A stretch of 64,000 nucleotides of DNA from the human T2T-CHM13v2.0 reference genome, Homo sapiens. Location: NCBI RefSeq assembly GCF_009914755.1, contig NC_060931.1. One strand, given 5' to 3'. The translations under genes and the position numbers were made by a program. The first letter of the stretch is position 1. Every line of letters begins with the position of its first letter. Below, piece after piece: positions 28,241 through 42,649 of this stretch. The notes beneath the pieces are model-generated. The model was not told the origin of the DNA. It searched no databases and worked only from the letters and a program-made list of their open reading frames with translations.

Positions 28241-30400
28241 TTTAAGTCATCAGGCATAAAATCTTTGTGTATAGATAAGGATAATAAGGCCTAGATGAAT
28301 TCCTGTAGTCCCAGAGTTAATCAGGTGCAGAAAAGTCAGGTTAGTGACCAGAATTGAAGAGAAAAATCACTTTCCAAGACTTGAGCCCTGGTGAAGTCTC
28401 AGCTGCCCTACTATGTGAGTGAGGTAAGGCTTTGAGGCACTCTGCCTGTAAGGTTTCTCTCAGCAACTGGTCACATAGAAACCTAACTAACCAGAACCCG
28501 TTGAACTGCATTCCACCTCCCAAACCATGAAGGCCAGAACAGCTGTTTAGGCATGTTAAATGGTATTTATTTATTTACTTTTGCAAAGTTGCATGAAACA
28601 AAGAAAAAGCCAAAAAAAGATCAAATGTCTGTGGGACATAGGAACCTGGAAATTCCCACTCCTCATATCTTCCCTCTGTTTAAACACAGATGGACTATGG
28701 AAAGCATTTTATCAGAATGTGATTCAGTTTGGCAAGAAGGTTGAGCTCTTATGGACTTCGGAAAGTGTGTTGTGTTAGAAATGTTCCCCAACTTCATTAC
28801 AAATATTCTGGGCTTTTATAGGTTTATTACACTGTACTGTTGACTGCTGGAAACCCAGAATGGTTTCTGTATTTTACCCTAAACTCATTCAGACTTTTCA
28901 AGTTGTCAGAGCCGTAACTGATCTAAAAATGCACGTAATAAGTAGAAGTCTAAACTAGACATTTCTTTTCTCTAATACTGTTACTATATTACTAGAGTCC
29001 AAAGGATTAAAAATTTAGAGCTAATGAGGACCTTAAAAAGTCACCTAACAATGGTTTTTGAACTTTTTTCTTAGGGTAATGGTACAAATTTTCAGATGTG
29101 ATCATACTTGGAACTCACGTATAAAACAGATAATGAAAGAGCTGCTGTGAGTTAAGCAGGGTTGGAGCTGGGGACTGGAGCCACAGCCTGAAGGTCTCTT
29201 ACTGCTTGATTCTGGCAGCTATCCAGGCAGCTCTGTGGAACCTGGGTGTCTGATTAACACAGATGAAAACCGCTGACTTAGATTTAGTCCAACCCCCTTC
29301 CTTCATTTTTTTCTCCTTGCCAGGCTGACGATAGCCAGAGACTTTACAATTCTAAAGTATTTGAGCTTATGAAAAATTGTCCAAGCATGAGTACTATGGT
29401 GATAGAAGAGTTAGTGGAGAAAACGCAATGAGAAAGAACCAAAGTAGGTCAGAATTATAGCTGAGGATGGGCGTAGAACAAGTTCAAGCTTGGCTGGCTA
29501 GGAGATTGATGGACACACACACACATACACACGCACACACAGACACACATACAATCAGACAAGGCATTCAGTTTGACAGGAAGATGAGTTAAATTTTAGC
29601 AAATGAATATGAGGTGACAGCCATGCAATCACATGGCATCATTTATTAGCACTAGTTTGTGTTAAAACTTGAACACAGAGAGTCAGGGCCAGCCAAATGG
29701 AAATTGTCTGCTCATAGGAGAAGCCCCGGGGCCATACTCTGAAAGAGGTAGCTTGGCGACAGACAAATTTTCTAAGAGAGACAGTATGGGGAGAAGAAAA
29801 GGCAAAGGTCCAAGACTCAAAAAATGAATGAATGTTAAAACATCAGAAGAGCAAGATAAACGAGTTAAGAAGATGGCACAGGAGCCGCAGAGAGGTAGGA
29901 GGAAAACAATCCTCAGCCCGTCCCTGTTGGCTCCCTTGACAAAATGACCACCTTCTTTTCCTAAAGCCATTGCAACAGCCTCCAAGTTGGTCTCTCTCTG
30001 GTACCTTTTCCAACGTGGAGTTTATTCTCCTAAGAGCAAAAGTGATTTGCTTAGAACATTAAATTAGAGTGTATTTCTTTTCTGCCAGAAACCCTCAGTC
30101 CCTGCCATGACCTACATGATCTGGTAACCTTCTGGTCTCATTTACACTTGATATCTTCCTCACTTTTTGCTGTTCTTTGAACATACTAAGCATACTTTCA
30201 TCTCAGGACCTGCTGTTCTGTGTGTGGAAACTTCCTTCAGCCGGCCACATGGCTCAATCCTTCACTTCCTTCAGCTCTCTCCCGATATATCGCCTTCTCA
30301 GAGATACCCTCCCTGCCTAACCTCTGTGAAACAGCATCCCTCCCCACCCATTCCTTTCTATTTTTCTTATTGTGCTTTATTTTTCTTTGTATTTCTATCA

Positions 30401-30613
<213 letters not shown>

Positions 30614-31362
30614 TTATGCACTCCCAATGCCTAGAATAGTGTCTGACATTGAATAGGTGCTCAGTAAATACTCATTACATGAACAAATGGGTAAGACAAT
30701 GCAATACTACAGAAGACAAAAGAAGCAGGTAGTTCTAAGAAGATAATCAACAGAGTCAAGTCCATGAGGAGGCCACAAAATAAATGAATTAGGGAAAGGC
30801 CTTTTCAATGGTCCTCTCACCTGTGCTTCTTGTAACAGAGAAAGTCAGGTAGTGCTTCATCTTTATTCAGTTAACTGTTTGCTTCTCGGTACTTCAATAA
30901 GTGTGTTTATATATATATCTTTTATGGCATGCAATGTATCATACCTTGTAGTATTTGTAAAGGTCTTTCTCTTCCTTCTATGTTATAAGTACCTTGAAAA
31001 TAGGTACTATGGCTTTTCTATCCTTGTATCTCCAGCAGCTGATATATTAACACAGCTAAATGAATGAATAACGAGATGAATGAATTAAAAGGAAGGAGAA
31101 GAAGGAAGAAATAGTCAATGTATAAACAGTTGGTGTAGACTGGTTGAAGGAAAGAAAATTGGAAAATTGCTTAATTGGATGGTAGGATCAGGCAAAGATT
31201 TCCTTCCCTCTCCCCAAGCTTATGCATATGGGAAGGAGAAAAATCCACAAGCTCTGGAGACAGCTTTGTTTCAAACTTTACCACTTGCTAGCTGTGTGAT
31301 GTTGGGGAGATCATATCCTTTTTGTGCCTGAGTTTTCCATGGGTAATATTGAGCTAAAGTAG

Positions 31363-31963
31363 TGTAACTGAGTACCCCTATTTTTCTAAGAAAAAACAGA
31401 ATGAGTTATTATTTTAATTATTTTTCTCCTTTCCCCATTTTCCCCTGCTCCCCACTTCCCACTTAGCTCTTTAGAAATGCAGTTATAACGTTTTACCTTC
31501 CCTTCACCAGACGCTCCTTACAGGGCAACTGCATCTATATGCTTAGAAGCTCCAGCGCAGAACTCTCACCTACCATAAAGTTGCTTCAAGAGATAACAGT
31601 TAATTTACAATCCAAAGTATGCCCACTATGAAACTCTCTCCCACCTGGAGAGTTCTGGACACTTTTACAACCTAGTTCTGCCCATGAAGATGCCAACTCA
31701 CTGCCCGGTAGATAAAGCACTGAAGAGAGTTAAGTGGACTCCCATATGCTTGCTTCGTCTCCTGCATGCCATTCATGCCACATCCCCTTTTAAAAGCACT
31801 CACTTTCTGCTCCAAAAGCAAAGCAGTACATTAAGGCAGGAAGCCTGTACTTCTTCCTTTAAACTAGCTTTGGAATTAAAAAGTCACTTTTTTAATACCA
31901 GACCTTGCTCTTGTTAATTGGACTCCGCAAGTGGCGAGGGAGTGAACCTGCATTTCAGTTACA
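31363..31963 (+). mobile_element. Solo LTR, ERV1-type (subfamily uncertain), inserted into a MIR
   Basis: Termini TGTAACTGA ... TCAGTTACA form a 9-bp inverted repeat. There is a 4-bp TSD GTAG (31359-31362 and 31964-31967), and MIR sequence continues on both sides. Confidence 0.85.
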
Positions 31964-32144
31964 GTAGTACTTAACTTGTGGTTTATGGTGAGGATTGAAG
32001 AGGACAATTAGGTTTGTAAAACATTTAGCACAATACTTGCACATTAAATGCTCAGTGAATGTTTGACACCATTATTATTACTAAATCAGAAAAGTGTGTA
32101 TGTGTGTGTGAGCGTGTGTGTGTTTTGAAGTGGTAGAGTCAGAG

Positions 32145-32325
32145 GGAGCTAGATGGGCTGCTATAACAGAATACCACAGATGGGGTGGCTAAACAACAGA
32201 AATTTATTTCTCACAGTTCTGTAGCCTGGGAAGTCCAAGACCAAGATGCTGGCAGATTCAACGTGTGGTGAGGGCCCTCTCCCTGGTTGTAGAGGTGGTC
32301 TTCTCATTGTGTCCTCACATGGTAG

Positions 32326-32367
<42 letters not shown>

Positions 32368-32525
32368 TCCCTTGTTCCTCTTTTTATAAGGGCACTAATC
32401 CCATTCATGAGGGTTAGGCACTCCTTAATCATCTCTCAAAGTCTCCACCTGCTAATAAAATCACATTAAGAGTTAGAATTTCAACATACGAATTTTGGAG
32501 GACGCAAACATGGTTCAGACAGCGG
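32145..32525 (-). mobile_element. MaLR LTR (MLT1A/B-like) with (GA)n
   Basis: GGGCTGCTATAACAGAATACCACAGA ... AGAAATTTATTTCTCACAGTTCTG ... GAAGTCCAAG motif. Confidence 0.8.
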
Positions 32526-33215
32526 AGGCAATAGCCTGCTGGGAAGGGTAGGACAACAGGAGTGTTGAACCAAGTGTAGAGATGTAGAGCAGGAAAGTGC
32601 AGGCAGCCCTTCTGTCTTTTCAAGTGAACAGGAATATGAAGTTCTCTTTACCCTTGCACTTTTTTCCCTCCCCAGTCCAACTCTATTTTCCTTCCAAGAG
32701 CCCCTTTGTTGGTGAGTTAATTTCAGTGAAACCATATCTTGTTCAACAAATACCTATTCAAATGAATTAATTTACTGGGGATGGGAGTTCAGACAATAAA
32801 GAGTGGGGGGGAAGTTTTAGTCTCAGAGAGGATGTGCCAGATAAATAAAGAAGGATTATGTATAGCTGAAAAACTTCAATTAAAGCGGCATGAATTTCAA
32901 CTGGAAAAATGTATTTTTTTCTTGCTTTAACCACAAAAGCATAAGCAAAAATTCATTTTATCTATAAAATGTTTTATTGTAGTAAGAGATCTTTAAAATG
33001 ACCAGATTCCTTCAATAGAATAATTTCCTCTCTTCCTCCGTCTCCCCTTCCTTCCTTTAATTTTTGAGTCATGTCATGCAAGTATACTGAAGCCCAAAGA
33101 GGGAGGGGGATCTTTTCTTTGTAGTGGGAGTTCTGTCATTTACAAAAAAAAAAAAAACAAAAAAAAAACTATAAAGATTGTATTAATTTACATTACCACC
33201 AACAGTGTAAAAAGC

Positions 33216-33531
<316 letters not shown>

Positions 33532-34005
33532 TCATCATCACCAACATTTGTTATTTTTTGACTTTTTAATAATGGCCATCCTGACTGGTGTATGATGGTA
33601 TCTCATTGTATATCTCATTGTGGTTTTAATTTGCATTTCTTTGGTGATTAGTGATGCTGGGAATTTTTTCATACCCTTGATGGCCATTTGTATGTTCTTT
33701 TGGAAAATGTCTACTCGTGTCCTTTGCCCACTTTTTAATGAGGTTGTTTTTTGTTGTTGTTGTTGTTGCTATTGAGTTGAGTTCCTTGTACAGTCTCCAG
33801 GGAAAACAGTATGGAGATTTCTCAAATAACTAAAAACAGAACTACCATTCAATCCAGCAATCCCACTACGGGGTATCTACCCAAAGGAAAATAAATTATA
33901 TAAAAAAGACATCTGCACTCATATATCGATGGCAGCACTATCCACAATAGCAAGTCATGGAATCAACCTAAGTGTCCATTAAAAGATGATTGGATAAAGA
34001 AAATG

Positions 34006-34465
34006 TGGTGTGTGTGCGTGCATGTAATATGTGTGTGTATATATAAATATATATATAAAATATATATAAATATATATAAAATATATAAATATAAAATATA
34101 TAATATATATATAAATATATATATACATATATACACACACACATATATACACACACACACCTTATTCCAACATGGAGGATATCTTGTATTTATATATATA
34201 AATATATATAATATATATTTTTATATATTTAAATATATTTATATATAAATATATATAATATATATTTTTATATATTTAAATATATTTATATATAAATATA
34301 TATAATATATATTTTTATATATTTAAATATATTTATATATATTTATAACTATATATTTATATATATTTATATATATTTATAACTATATATTTATATATAG
34401 TTATATATATTTATATATATTTTTATATATATATATAAATACAAGATATCCTCCATGTTGGAATA

Positions 34466-34506
<41 letters not shown>
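34006..34506. repeat. Complex (TG)n/(TA)n/(CA)n low-complexity block containing an inverted repeat
   Basis: Visible in the sequence, including about three copies of a 47-bp AT unit from 34200. Confidence 0.95.
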
Positions 34507-34508
<2 letters not shown>

Positions 34509-37500
34509 ATGGAATTCTACTCAGCCATAGGAAAGAAAGAAATGTCTTTTGTAACAGCATGGGTGGAACTGGAGGCCATTATCTTAAGTGAAATGACTCA
34601 GAAACAGAAAGCCAAATACCTCATGTTCTCACTTATAAGTGGGAGCTACACATGAACATACAGAGCGGAATCAAAGCCACTGGAGACTCCAGAAGTTGGG
34701 AGGATGAGAGGGAGTTGAGGGATGAGAAATTATCTGTTGGGTACAATTTACATCATTCAGGTATTGGTAACACTAAAAGCCTGGGGTTCACCACCATACA
34801 AAGTATCAATTTAACAAAACTGCACTTGTGCGCCTTAAATTTATACAAATAAAACAACTGCTATAGCAACCACTTTATGCCAACATTATCTGGAAAAAAC
34901 AAAAATATAAACAAACTGGAGATGTCCATCTTTGTACAAAAGCTTGAGTGCTCTTTCCTTGCTTTCATTTTATATTTTTATGGTAATGCTTCTAATCTGA
35001 ATTTTATTTTAATTCTACTTAATTTTTGTCAGGCTGCCGAAATAGATTATATTTTTTCCTATGATATCTTTTGTTTTTTCATCTAAACCATTTGGGCTTT
35101 TTCTGTGGACAGAGTTCTTAAGTCAGACTACAAATGTTTATTGAATGTGTATTGTATTAAATGCTTTATCTTGGGTGTTCAAGAATAATGCAAAGCAGGA
35201 AGGACAAGTTTTCTATTTTTAAGAATATTGCTATTAGGCTGGCATGTTTAATTTAATGAACTATAAAGCAAAACTTTAACCTTCTTTTAGGTAGGACCAA
35301 CTTTTGCTCACATGGTATAATTTTCTATGTATTTTTGGTGCATTGTCCATCCACATCCCTTCTCCCCACTTCTGGTAATTTTATCCTTCATTCTTCTCTC
35401 TAAACCCAATATCAGGTGTTTAATCCCACTTTGGAGTTCCATTTGGAGGTTTTTATTTTTAGTTTAATGTGTAGACCCCAAAGTCATATTAGCATTCAGT
35501 ATCAAGAGCCAGAAGACCTCTAGGCCTGCAAGACCCAGAAGAGGCACCATTAATCAGGTATCACAAAAGTACTGGAGAGTGTATAGAACTTAGGCATTTG
35601 TGTTTAGGATGTTTCCTGATGGCTTTCCTTAAGTCATGTCATCTATCAGGAAACTGTTTCTGTAGCTTTTCAAGGCTGGCCCCACTTCTGGGTATTCTGT
35701 TTGCCTAAGCCTTCCTTCACCTTGCTCATCTTCCTTCAAAGGGGAATTCTAGTTTTAAGTGCTCAGCAGTGAATGTGTTTGGGGTACACAATTTCTACTT
35801 ATTTATATTTTTCTTTAAGAAAATGAGTCCCCAAATAACTTGCGAGTGATTCTGCTGGTGCCCTACAGCCTGTTTGCAGCATAGCCAGAACTAGGATTCA
35901 TATGGTTTTGACTCCTTGTTTAGTGCTCTTTTAATTATGTCACAGACTTTCATAGCCATAAACTTCTGTCACTTTGCAACACCACCGAGGAAAGAAACAC
36001 TTCTTTGTGTGGTTTGGTACTTATTATTGTAATAATGTTTAATTAATAATATTTCTTGATAGCTATCATTAGTATGGACCACTAATAAAAAATGTAGAGA
36101 TCACTGGACAAATAATGTTTTAATTTTAATTATGAAAACAATAAGAATAATCTTGAAAATGAATATTGAAGACCATATAATACTTCTTTCACTTAATATG
36201 CTGAGTCTTTTTTTGATCCCTCTTATGAACTGCTTATTATAAAAGTGCACAGTGACTCTGAACTTTTTCTCTAACAGGAGATTTGTTACTTTCTCTCCTG
36301 GGTTAGAAACTTTTCTTTCCACACCTAGAATTCAGAGTGTCTTTTATAAACCCAGACCTCTAGCATTTCTGGTACAGTAGTATATAGTCACCTCAGTTAT
36401 CCTCCATGTTGGAAAACTTGCTTCTTTAGAAGATCAGGACAATAGACACATTAGATATATTTTTATGTATATATTTGCAACGGATGAATTATAATGTAAG
36501 AATTAATATACAGAAGTCAATTTCTAGGCTGAAACCACATGTTCAAAGGATATGAATATATTTTTGGTACTTGGTAGAAATTATCTATTTTGCTTATTAT
36601 AGTATTATAATAAGCTTATTATAGTGTTATCAATAATGACAAGATGTTAAATACCATTGGCATGTCCAGCATTATTAAAGGAATTGTTTTGGAATAAGTA
36701 ATGGTAAATATAAGGGGTAGAATATTACTTGATTGTTAAAATATCTGTGAAACACTTACATGTTAAACAGACAAACAAAACTAGAAGACAAAATGGTATG
36801 CATGTTCCAATCCAGTTTCATTAAATTTATGCAGGTGGAAGATGGCTTGGAAGAGTGAAAACAGTTTTGCTGAGGACAGGTAAGGTATGGGTCATTCTGA
36901 TATTATCTAATGTTATCTATATATCATTACCATATATACCATATCATTATCTAATGTCATCTATATATCATTACCATATACACTAATTATCTAATGTTAT
37001 GATTTTTTTAGTTAAAAAGCAATACATTAGATAGTGTAATAACCATTTAATTTGGTTTATAAGTTACAGAAAAAAATTTTTTGTTACTTTGAAGTCACCA
37101 TTTATTTTATCAAATGATGTAATTTTACCTCTCCAAGTAATTTAAACTCCCCAGTCCTTAGAATCTAGGTATAAATGAAGCTCAGAGCTCTCTTTCAATT
37201 GGATAATTAGCTCACGAGTGGTTGCTCTATTTCTCACTCACCTCATTCACATACAGGGCTCAGCTCTGAATTGCTTCTGGCTCATTCCAAAAGCCAAGTG
37301 CTCAAACATGAAGACTTCTTTTTATTGGAAGTATTTGAAAGGGCATGCCATAGTCCAAATATGAATTCCAAATATGCTTTAAATAATGGCAGCATCAATA
37401 AAGTCCACTTTTCTCTAAGACGACTATTTTTTAAGAGGCCAAAACATTTGAATGAAGCAGTTGATTTCTAAAAAGTGACTTTTAATGTTTCTTGTACCTT

Positions 37501-39455
37501 CAATCATACCTAGACACTGAATGGATTTCAGAAAGTCATAGGGCCTGGGTGGAAGCCCCAACACAACAGCAGAGTGGAATCATGGATTGGCTATTCTATA
37601 ATCCATTCGCCGTGACTGAGGGTGAGAAGTGGAATTCTATTTGAGGCTATATTTGAGAGCCATCTTTGAAAATGAAGAAGTAGTTTGGGCTCTGGGTATC
37701 TTTTCTTTCCTTTTTTTCCCCTTTTTTTCTGATACAGCCTTCAGCTGAATGAAATGTGGGCTTTGAGATCACCTGTGATAGCATTCTCTAAGACTGCAAT
37801 ATGTTGAAAACTGTCTTGTGATTACTTCATAATGGATATTTTCCAATGGATAACACTTAGAGTAAATCTGAGTTGCCAACAGCTTTCAGAAAGGCAGAGG
37901 TAACACTGTATGTAAAACGGAAGCTCCAAACCTGCGGTGTTATTAAAAAGCAATAATATTAGCTTTAATATTATACCTCTGTCAGCATATAGACTTGTTT
38001 ATTCAATGCTACTCTATTAATCTGTTCTTCAGGATGTTTTAGGAACTAAATTTAATGCACAAATATTTATTGAAACCTCTTTTAGCTGACTGTGTTAGTA
38101 CTTGCAATGATAAAAAGACACAATTTGATTTTAACAAATTTAAGATATAGGCAACAGATATGGGGGTGAATGGGAAGGGAGGGGACAGTAGGGCTAGTGG
38201 TGAAAAAGGGTTGAATGAAATACAGTAAAACAGGTAAAAACAATGCACTGTGAACTCTGGAGGATGGATATCATTAACTCCTTTTTGAAAAGGTTTCATG
38301 AAGAAAACAACATTTGTAAATGTTCCATGAGCATGAAAGCATGGCAAGACATTTGATTTTGCCAATGCAGGCAGTCTGTTGTTGCTGGAGTATAGTATGA
38401 GTAAGAGAACGAGAGAGGGCAAAGGAGAAGATCATCCTATGGTTCATCATTCAAAATGATGAATCATTTCTGAACTAAATGTTATACAGATCATTAAATA
38501 TGTCCATACAATGCAAGCTTTTATAAATAGTATATATAATCATTTAACTCAACTAACTAGCCTATATCTTAATATTTATTAAAATCATGTTTTATAAATA
38601 TAATTTAATGTCCAAGAAAATGATACATATCACAAAGAATCTCAGGCCTGTCCCATGCAACATCTGAAAGGTTGGGAGAGCTGTACTGATGACAGTGTGG
38701 GCACAGCCAGGCTCACTGGGGGATGTCATGATCCACTGTGGATCCTGGGCTACATTAACTTTATATCACAAATTAGTCTATAAGAATTGGGTGAGCAAAT
38801 TCTACATGCCAGGAGTTATGCTGGAAGCAGAAATACAATGAATTAGAGACTCAGTGTGTGCACTCACAGAGCTTAGAATCCTGAGACAGGGGTGAGGGTG
38901 TTTAGAGATAAAGATAAGTAACAGAAATTCCAGTACAGTGTGATATGTACCTGTTAAGAGAGGTGAAGAATGCTATGTGAGCATACAGTGGGGTATGTGA
39001 CTCAGACAGGTCAGGGAAGTTGTCCTAAAAAAGTGTGGTTCAAGCCTAAAGAGACAGGAATAAGCTAGGTGAACTGGAAAAACTACCCCAGGCAGAGAAA
39101 GAACCATGCAGACACAGAGTGGGGGAGAAGTGAGGAGAATAACAGACAGTGAGAGGAGGAAGGAGAAGGAAGAAGTAGAAGGTAAAAGGAAGAAGAGAGG
39201 AAGAGAGAGAACTCACCTGGTGCTTTCTAGAAAGAGAAAAAAGTTTAATGCAAGGTAGGTTAGTGATCACAGACATAGATGAGACTGGAGAAATAAGGGG
39301 AGGGAATATGGGCAGATCACACAGTGCTTTCTTAAGGTTAAAAAATTCATAAAAACAGGAAATCCCTTAAACAGTTTTGAGATGGGATCAGATTTGTTTT
39401 ATGAAGTTTACCACAGTTGTGTTTAGAAAAGATTGCAGAGGGGTAAGATGGGAGG

Positions 39456-39832
39456 TGATATTGTTTGGCTCTGTGTCCCCAGTCAAATCTCATGTTGAAT
39501 TGTAATCCCCAGTTGGGGGAGGGACTTGGTGGGAGGTGATTGGATCATAGGGGCGGATTTCCCTCTTGCTGTTCTCATGATAGTGAGTTCTCATGAGATC
39601 TGGTCATTTAAAAGTGTGTAGCGCTTCCTCATTTACTATTTTTCTCTCTCCTGCTCCACCATGGTAAGCCGTGCTTGCTTCCCATTCATTTTCTGCCTTG
39701 ACTGTAAGTTTCCTGAGGCCTCCCATCCATGCTTCTGGTACAGCCTACAGAACTGTCAATTAAACCTCTTTTCTTCATGAATTACCTAGTCTGAGGTAGT
39801 TCTTTACAGCAGTGTGAGAACAGACTAATACA
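39456..39832 (+). mobile_element. MaLR solo LTR (THE1D/MSTA-like)
   Basis: TGATATTGTTTGGCTCTGTGTCCCC ... GACTAATACA, with a 5-bp TSD GGAGG on both sides. Confidence 0.92.
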
Positions 39833-42649
39833 GGAGGCTGGAAGACCAGCTGGGGGGTGCTGCGGATGTCATCCACGTCCTCATGATGGTCTACATGGGT
39901 AGGAGCCACAGGGATGGAGAGAAGTGGGTGAATCGTAGGGATAATTTGGAGGTGGATTCCACAGGACTTAAAAGATACATCAGACGGGGAGTGTGATGTG
40001 TGCCACCCATCCTCTCAAGTGTCTGTCTTGGTCACTGGGAAGATGGTATCTATGACCTGAGTCTCACTGGTGGTGCCAGAAAAGACCAAGCCTATGAAAC
40101 CAAAAGGTTGTTTATTCCTGAATAGAGCCAGGTCAACATCAATTAGCAGGTGGGCTGTTTGCTGTGAGTGAGAGTGGCAGGGCCATGGTTTGTTTTCATT
40201 CTTCCTTCTTGAGACAATCCCTAATCACACTTGTTCAGTACAGAAAATGAGCTGCCCCTCCCTGCTTCACCGAATTGAAATCCAAAATGTACCAAATGAC
40301 TAGACTACTGTCACTGAGGAGTTCGAAGAAAAAATCAGCTCCTCATTGCTGCCAACTGAAAATGGATAATTACAATATTTTTAACACATTATACCTTATT
40401 ATTTTTGAAATTAGGAAAATCCTTATGAAGCCACAAAATTCTATCAATAGGAAACCTCTTAGAAATTACTGACAAAAAATTTTACAGATGAAAAAGTTGT
40501 GGAGGTTAAATTATTGGCTCAAGATCATTTGCCTGATAGTTGATAAATATTTTTATTTCTAAAGAGTACTGGTTATTTCTCAAAAACTGTTGAGTAAACA
40601 AGTTAAAGTTAAGCACATGCCATCTCAGGGGCTATAAAACTGTTTCATGTTGGTATTGAAATGCCCTGGTAATTTTTGTGGCAGAATGAAAGGGTTGTTG
40701 TGACAAATAATCTGAAATAGAAAATGGTATAGTTTCTGCTCTTGGTGCTCATGCCTGCTTTTAAATTCTTTTGTTAAGTGATTTACGCACATTTAAACAG
40801 AGCATAATTATCTTGATTAATATTGAGAAATACAGTATTTATAATCCCTGTGTTTAACAAAGTGCTACATGATTAGCCCTTTAAAAATAATTAACCCTCT
40901 TGTATATAAAATTTCATAATTTCATTTCATATTATGAAGTGCCAACTAATATTTTCAAAATTTTAATCACCCACATAAAATGGATCCAGTGGAAATATGT
41001 GAGAAGAGTACTTTAGCTCTGATACTTATAAATCAATGAGAAATTAAACGACATTATCTTTTTTTTGCAGCAATCATATATTTTTCTGGTCTTCTGCATT
41101 TTGCATTTAGATGTTAGATGTATATTAGTCAGTTATAGAAAGTATTTAGAAAAATGAAGTTACTGAAAATTAGAAAAAAAATAAACATGCTATTCTGCAA
41201 ATTTATTTATTGATTTGGCCCCATTTTCACCTATGAGTGAAAATCATGTCTGGGATTAGTAAATCAAGATAAGGGCTTCCTCTCTACTCCCCACCATAGG
41301 AAACAAACATTAAACACATTATATGTAGTTTATAATTTCATGACTTCTAATGAGATGAGATTTGTAAGTATTTTTCTTGGTGGAATATGGACCAGATCTG
41401 CTATTTTCCTGAACAGGAAAAACCAAATTCCTTGCCTCTCCTTAAATGACCTGGGCAGTTGCTGCTAACCTTCTGTTATGCTACCTAGGAAGGAACCCAT
41501 GGTTAACGTATTAAGAATCATTAAAAAATAATCAATTATTTTCTTTCCTTTTTTTCCCCTTCGAAAGCATGAGGTACAAACCAGAAGATTTAAAAAAATT
41601 TTAGGGTAGTCGAATTTTCTTTTCTTCACAGATGTCTTTGAGCTTTATCAGTTTGTAAGCTAGAATTGTGTGTGTTGGGAAGGACTATAATAAGAAAAAA
41701 CAAAGACTGAGTATCATCTTCAAGGGCCTGTTAGGACTTGGGAAAATGTCAAAATTAAAATTAAAGTTTGATATAGGATTTGTTCATATAACTTTTAAGA
41801 TATCCTCTTTAAAAATTCAAAATTGATGCTTGTAAAGTTTCTTCCCCCTTCTCTTTAGGAAATATCTCTAAATACTCCTAAAAATAATAACATACAGCAA
41901 GCCAACCCTTCCACATACACTACCTTAGATATTTCTCATCTACCTAGGAGGTGGAGTGGAGAAATACTATTATTACATCCAATTAACAGACAGGAGATAG
42001 CAATTTAAGAGAAAATAAGTGACTTGCCCATTATGACATTTTAATTCTTGGAGGTCTGTTAAATTCCACAGCTTGGACCCTTAGCCTCTATTATAGTACC
42101 ACTGAAGAGACTGTTATGAGAGTCGCTGGCTGGGAGATGGGTCATATGCAGAAAATTCTCCTCCATTCATTATGTGCTGCAGGCTATATAGCTGCATTAC
42201 CATTCCTATATCCAAGGTTGGAAATGGCATTTGATAAGCTGGCACAGAGCTAGAAAGCCCAGCAGGACACAGGTGCATGTGAGGTGTAGCTTCTGAGATT
42301 TCCTGGACCTGGCTAGTTGGCACAATTGGTATCACATCAGTTTTTCAAGAAGCTCCCACTTGCAGTCTCAATGCTGAGACAAAATATGAATACAGCCCAT
42401 TTTCTCAAACTTCATCTACGTCCCTGCATTTCTTGATGGTTAGTCTCACTCCCTAGTTGAGACTGTTGGGTTAAGGTAGGAATAAACAATATGCTGGATG
42501 GGTGAAGAGGGGAAGGTGGATGTGGGAGATGACGGGACAAAAGTCTGTGAGTAAAACACCTTGAAGTAATCACTTTCCTGGTGTTTTATCTCTCCATCTC
42601 TGGAGTAGCTCAGAAAATTCCCTCTTTAAATATGCACCAAGACTTATAC

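Noticed and set aside
33963-34248. Tyr/Ile-rich ORFs
   Set aside because: They are translations of (TA)n/(TG)n low-complexity DNA.
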